64,000 nt of DNA from positions 1,736,001 to 1,800,000 of the forward strand of contig CM022672.1 of assembly GCA_012295275.1 (NCBI GenBank). Direction: 5' to 3'. Source of the DNA: Chrysomallon squamiferum. Its lineage: Eukaryota; Animalia; Mollusca. Numbering within the stretch: position 1 is the stretch's first letter; each line of letters opens with the position of its first letter. Under the pieces are notes generated by a model. That model had not been told where the DNA came from, did not search any database, and worked only from the letters and a program-made list of their open reading frames with translations. The position numbers and the translations under genes were made by a program. Positions 58,133-64,000 of the stretch are shown here, piece after piece.

Positions 58133-58739
58133 ATTAATATTTATGATCTTTAGTTACTAATGAAAATGTATTAATATTTTAACAATGGCAATAACTGTAA
58201 ATGTAACAGTAATATAAACTACAGATAACAACACTAATAATGAAAACTATAAATACAACAGTAATAACACATGCTGTAAATATAACACTTGCAAAAGCTA
58301 AACAAACAACATTAATAAGAAAAACTATAACTATAACAGTAATGACAAAACTCAAAATATAGCAATAATATCAAAAAACCCAAACATATTACTGTCACAG
58401 AAACTCTAAATATAATAACAAAAATATGAAATATGAAAACAGTAACGACAAGAATTAAAAATGTAACTGTAACAACAAAAGTGAAAAACACAACAGAAGT
58501 AACAATACCTTCTTCAAAAGATACACATTAAACAAATTAAGAAAATCTGTTAAAATTTTTCATTTCAATTCATTTGAATATTATAAAGTAAAAATACATA
58601 AATAACATACATGAAATTCAATACTATACATTTTTCATAAAGCAGTTCTTGAAATGTAAAAACTGTGAATTTAAGAGAAGAATTTATTTTGTAAATTTTC
58701 AGTCCCCTAAGAATAATTAGTAAACATGATAAAAACAAG

Positions 58740-59105
58740 ACAACCAGATAATTATAATAAACAGTTACATCATAATAATTACATAGGATTTACTTAATAC
58801 TGCTATTCTTAAAAAATGATATACAAGATTTACTTAAGGATAGTTACATGACAATAATTATATAGGATTTAGTTAGTATGGTTACTTTTAAAAATGTTTT
58901 ATATATATATACACAAACACACACACACACACAAGATTTATTTAAAGATGGTTGCATGACAATAATTATATAGGATTTATTTAACATGGTTACTGTCAGA
59001 AATTATATAGAAGTTTCACTTAAAGATGATTACATGGCATAATTACATGAGATTTAGTCAAAATAATCATGGCAGAAATTCAAGATTTACAATTTACTTA
59101 AGAGG
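58740..59105. repeat. Degenerate tandem repeat (gatttacttaa.ga..gttacatgacaataatta.atagg)
   Basis: Four or more imperfect copies are visible. Confidence 0.7.
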
Positions 59106-59397
59106 GTTAGATTAAGATAGAGAAGATTTTTAATAAGAACAGTAATTTACTGTGACTTGCTAACAGCTGTTTGTTATTAAAAGTTATAAAATACAATTTT
59201 GTTTATTTCTGCAATGTATTTTTAAAAATAAATATAAAGTTATTTATTAATATTATTATTTTGGAACAATGATGAGTAATTTTTATTTTCACATGATTCT
59301 TCCAGAACTATTTCAGTATAAATTCTAAATATGAAAAAAAGTATATGTGAGTACATTTGTGTGTCTGAGTGAATGGATGCATGTCAGTATGTGTGTT

Positions 59398-59470
<73 letters not shown>

Positions 59471-59500
59471 CCACAGAGAAATAAACAAAAAGCATCTAAC

Positions 59501-59534
59501 CTCCCATGTGGACTTTGTCATAGATTTGGCCCAT
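59501..59534 (-). CDS. KCNIP: Candidate alternative first coding exon of KChIP: MGQIYDKVHMG(D)
   Basis: 34 nt = 11 codons + 1; donor GAG|gttaga (similar to the exon C donor); in-frame stop upstream; Met-Gly start. Short enough to arise by chance. Confidence 0.3.
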
Positions 59535-60451
59535 ACTTCTGGCACTTGACAAAAAATGTTGACACCATTCGCAGTTCCACTAACCAGATTAACACTCCCC
59601 ACAGAATGAAACACAAAATACAAACACAAAAATCTTCTTTCTTTCTTTCTTTCTTTTTCAGAAAAATAAAACTTCCTTAATACTTCAAAAGAGTATATCC
59701 ATTTTTTATATATATATATATATCCCCCAAAAATCCTTTATCCAAGAAACTGAATTATTGTAATGTGGTACGAAACCTTGTTACAGACTTGAGAGTTTTT
59801 AACAATTTGATTTTGACCAGTTCTTCATGATTTGTAAGACTGCTAAAAACCAGTTTGAAAGTGTTAATTAAAAAAACAGTATTAAATTTCTTGCTGTCGT
59901 CAAGCACTGATAATCAACTTGTAGGTGAAAATAAGCTGATGTTGATAAAAATGTTATTAAATTTATTTTCTAGAAAATGATAAAAAGTTAAAGTTTTTAT
60001 CTATTCTAGTTATTAAAAAAAAAAAAACTTTCGAAGTACTGATGACGTGTAGAATTTTAAACAGGATTCTTTATCACAATGTGGAAAGAAAGACTTGGTA
60101 GAGCAACTTCTGTTTATAAAACAAGAGATCAAATTCTACCAGTGTTGATTATGTTCCATGTAATGATCAGTTTTTCATTAACACAACACAGCGGAGAAGA
60201 TTGTTAAACTGGTTCCAAAACAGATACAACAAGATCTAAACTGGTTTTTACTGTCACAAACTGGAATGTTGCTCTGTCAAAACAGTGCCCATGTGAAAGA
60301 AAAATGAACTGAGATTTGACAAGTTCTCCTTATGACAACAAGTAAAATAAAAGTGTAGACTTTAAACTGTACGTGCTGTAAAATTTTCACAAAGTGATAC
60401 AAAAACACCTCCCTGTCAACTGTAGGTTTTCACCAATTTTCCAGACAACCA

Positions 60452-60484
<33 letters not shown>

Positions 60485-63398
60485 AGAAAAAGTTTTGAAT
60501 AGTTTTAATCACAGTATGGCACAAAAATGGTTTAATTTAAATCCCCAGGCTGTAATAAGGAGTTAAGTTCAAATCCCATATAGTAAGAAGAAGTCAAGTC
60601 TAACTTCCAAATTTGAACAAGTCCTAATTATGAAAAGGAACTTCTATAAGGAAACAAAAAAGTGTGAGTAGACCAAACTTATACTGTAACACAACGCAGC
60701 ACCAACAAACAATGTGAAAGTAACTTGGAGATAAACACAGCAACAGACAGCTGTAACTGTTGATGATGGTCTTTTATTCCAGCGCAAGATGGGAACTCGG
60801 CGCAAAAAAAAGAAAAATATTTCTGGTGTTTATAGCGCCTCAAATAAGCAATCAAACAATTAAGTCTTTTCATGTATCCTCATCAACTGCAGTGAGAAGA
60901 AATTTCACCATTCACTTGTCAACTGTCAAATGTTTCGTCCACGACGTCTCGCAGCAGTTCTGTGTTATGAAACGATGAGGAAGTGCACCCATTATTTTTA
61001 CTTAGTTTGTTGTTTCTGTGAGCACTGCGAGAAGCTGCTTCATAGCCCCATGTCTTTCAGACATGAAGACTCTTCAGCCAGTGACAGATGCAGTCAGAAA
61101 ATAGCTTTGATTGTGTTGTGTTACCAGCTAAAAGAATACATCAGCATGCATTCCCAGGAGAGAAGTTGGTAAAACACTGCCTCAAAGGAGCATAATCGAT
61201 AACTCACCTTAATGTCACGTGTGTGGTGTTCTGCCTGTTACATGCTTGCAAGCAAATACTGTACTCAACAGAACTTTGTGCAGTGGGTTGGATGTATATG
61301 TGTGTGTGTAATATTATGTTAGTTAGTGGTGTTTTGTTTAGTGTTTGTTTATTTGTCTATTCACCTTTGTAATAACGTATTTCAGAATTAAGTCATTTGT
61401 TTAGATTTAATTTATAAATTATTTAGTATTTTAAATACTTGTTTTAAAGTTAATTTATTTGGTATCCTAATTATTTATTTTAGAGTTTAGAATTAATTTT
61501 GTTAAAATACATGTTATTATTATTTTTGTCTATTTTATTTATTAAACACTTAAAATTTATATGTTTATTAGTTTTATTTATTCACCTTTTACAAATTTAA
61601 TTTGTTTATTTATCATTATTGTTAAATAATTATGGTTAAAATTGTTCATGAAATACATTAAAAAAAAGGAAGAATATAAATAAGTAATAATGATGAAATT
61701 ATATATGCAAGAAAATAAATGATTATATATTTATATTTCTCAAAATCCTTTTTCTTTTAAAGGATTAATAGGGGTTTTTTTTCCATTCTTTATCAAAATG
61801 TAATAATTTAAAATATCTTTACTTAAATATTATTTTTTATTGATTTTTTAAAATTATTATTACAAATAACTATTATGAAAATAAAAATAAAATAATGGAA
61901 AAAAATTCAAGGTTACTTTAACAAACAAAATACAAAATACTAGAAATTAAATTAAATTCACTTCTAATAAAGAGTTTTTAACCCAAAATTCTTGCACAAT
62001 CTCTACAGGAAAATGTTAATAATTTATTACTCGATTACAGCAAATAAAAAGGTTTGAATAAACAGAAGTATGGTCCCTTAAACTTTAATATTTTCAAATT
62101 AAATGTAAGCTAAGAATGCCACAGCATCATTTTGATCTCTTAGGAAATGAAATAAATTAGGAAAAATGTATAATGAAGATGTTATCTGATTATAAGATAT
62201 TAATTTTATTTAGGATTTTTAAATTGAGATTTTCACTTCAGTACATGGCATATATATCTACTAATACTATTACACACATTACTTTATTAGTTAGAGTAAT
62301 ACATTTTTCAGTGATCCCAAGATTATAGCCTTGAGAAAATTACCAAGACATATAATTTCATTATTGCATTGTCTGTTAAATATCTATTTTACATGGCATG
62401 AAACCTTATTATAACCATGAAAGTTTTAATAGTTTCATTTTGACAAAGTTCTTCATAACATGAGAGACTGATAAATCAAATTTGAAATAGAAAACTGAGG
62501 TAAATGCAATATGATATAGATCTATTATTAAATATATGGTTGTTGTAAAAATAACCTACTCCCTGGTTAAAAATCTCTCATACAAGATCCAAGTAAATTC
62601 ATCTTCTTTAACTGAACTGTCCATTAAACAAATAATTAGATATGAAAAAACAAAGCATATGCTTCACAAAATACAATATGCATTTATTATTTCACCTTTT
62701 GGACAGTGTAAGAATATTTGACAAACTAGTCAAACCCTTAGAACTGAAAGTCTAGTACATTTTCATAGAGCACCTAAATATACAGTCTATTCATTAATTA
62801 TTTACAGAAACAATTAAGGTATAAGCTTCATAAAACAATACACTTAAGGTATATGCTTTATAATACAATAAACATTAGATATTCTTCACAATACAAGACA
62901 AAGAAGATTATATGCCTCACAATAAAACAGAAACAAGATATATGACTCACAGTGCACATAAGACATATGCTTCATAATATAATACAAATTATATTTAAAC
63001 CTGTTTAAACAGTGGTGCCCATATATTTTTCATTCTAAACAGTTTTCCACATAACTAAGGCTGCAATGTTTATTTAAAATCCTTTTGCTGCTAATAAGAA
63101 AACTAATTTATGTGTCACAGCAGGTTTCTTCTCTAATCTGTGTGTGATAATAGACAATTATTATAACAAAGTGGAGTTCAAGAATGTACTGAGTGTGTCA
63201 TGTCTTCCAGTACAGTTCAGCTGAGAATTTGGCTCCGTTTAACAACCCATGATGGAGCTATTAGTTGAAACAAGAAAAAAAAACACCCCACAGACATCTC
63301 AACTTGTATAGCCATTAATCAAAGAGAATGACAGAACAGCCACAACAACATGCTTGTAATTATACTCCAGTTTGTGTATGTCTGAACAATGTGCATTG

Positions 63399-63446
<48 letters not shown>

Positions 63447-63462
63447 GTTTTGTTATGTTGTG

Positions 63463-63515
<53 letters not shown>

Positions 63516-63545
63516 TGGGTGTGGGTGGGTGTGGGTTTGGGTGTG
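63399..63545. repeat. Interrupted (GT)n microsatellite
   Basis: Direct reading. Confidence 0.95.
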
Positions 63546-64000
63546 TTTCCTGGGTATCTGAGAGAAAGATTAAGTATTTGTGTCTATTACATGCTGTGTG
63601 TAGATTGCTTTGAATGCACTGTGTAAGTGTTTACATTTTTGTTCTTATCTCCATACACATAATATGTAAATAATATGTAATGGTTATATATGTATCTCTG
63701 TATATATACATAAACTAACATATATTATATATAGTGTATATATATATATTAATAATAAAAATATGGTAATTGTTATATTCAATTCACCAAATAATAAATT
63801 ATTTGTTCTGTTTCTTTGAAAACAAATTGCATTTTTCATTCATATGTGTTTGTGTGAGTATATGTGTTTGAGTATGTGTGTGTATATGTGTATATAGAGA
63901 GAATCATGCATGCACTCCTACATACACTAACACACACACACAATGTGTATACAAACACTTGTACAACCTAAACAACACACATCACTAACACACACACACA

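Overview
AT-rich, microsatellite-dense eukaryotic genomic DNA from an invertebrate, probably a mollusc (inferred from a dispersed SINE-like repeat; not certain). The only protein-coding gene I can support is a minus-strand Kv channel-interacting protein (KChIP/KCNIP, neuronal calcium sensor family). Six core coding exons with GT-AG boundaries (42626-42502, 22993-22924, 22386-22316, 19772-19560, 18037-17975, 17523-17476) splice into an intact frame: (D)[195 protein letters not shown]. The first core exon starts in phase 1, and three candidate phase-1 alternative first exons lie upstream (44049-44118, 48222-48261, 59501-59534). Points worth a second look: a near-perfect ~270-bp inverted repeat in the 19.5-kb intron, complementary UG/CA tracts bracketing a symmetric 213-nt exon, a UGA-C stop followed by a GC-rich 29-codon open frame, a Glu at EF-hand 2 position 12, and a templated insertion flanked by 42-bp direct repeats. 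Nearly all ORFs in the supplied track are microsatellite or low-complexity artefacts. No prokaryote-type system, CRISPR array, rRNA, tRNA gene or autonomous transposon ORF was seen.
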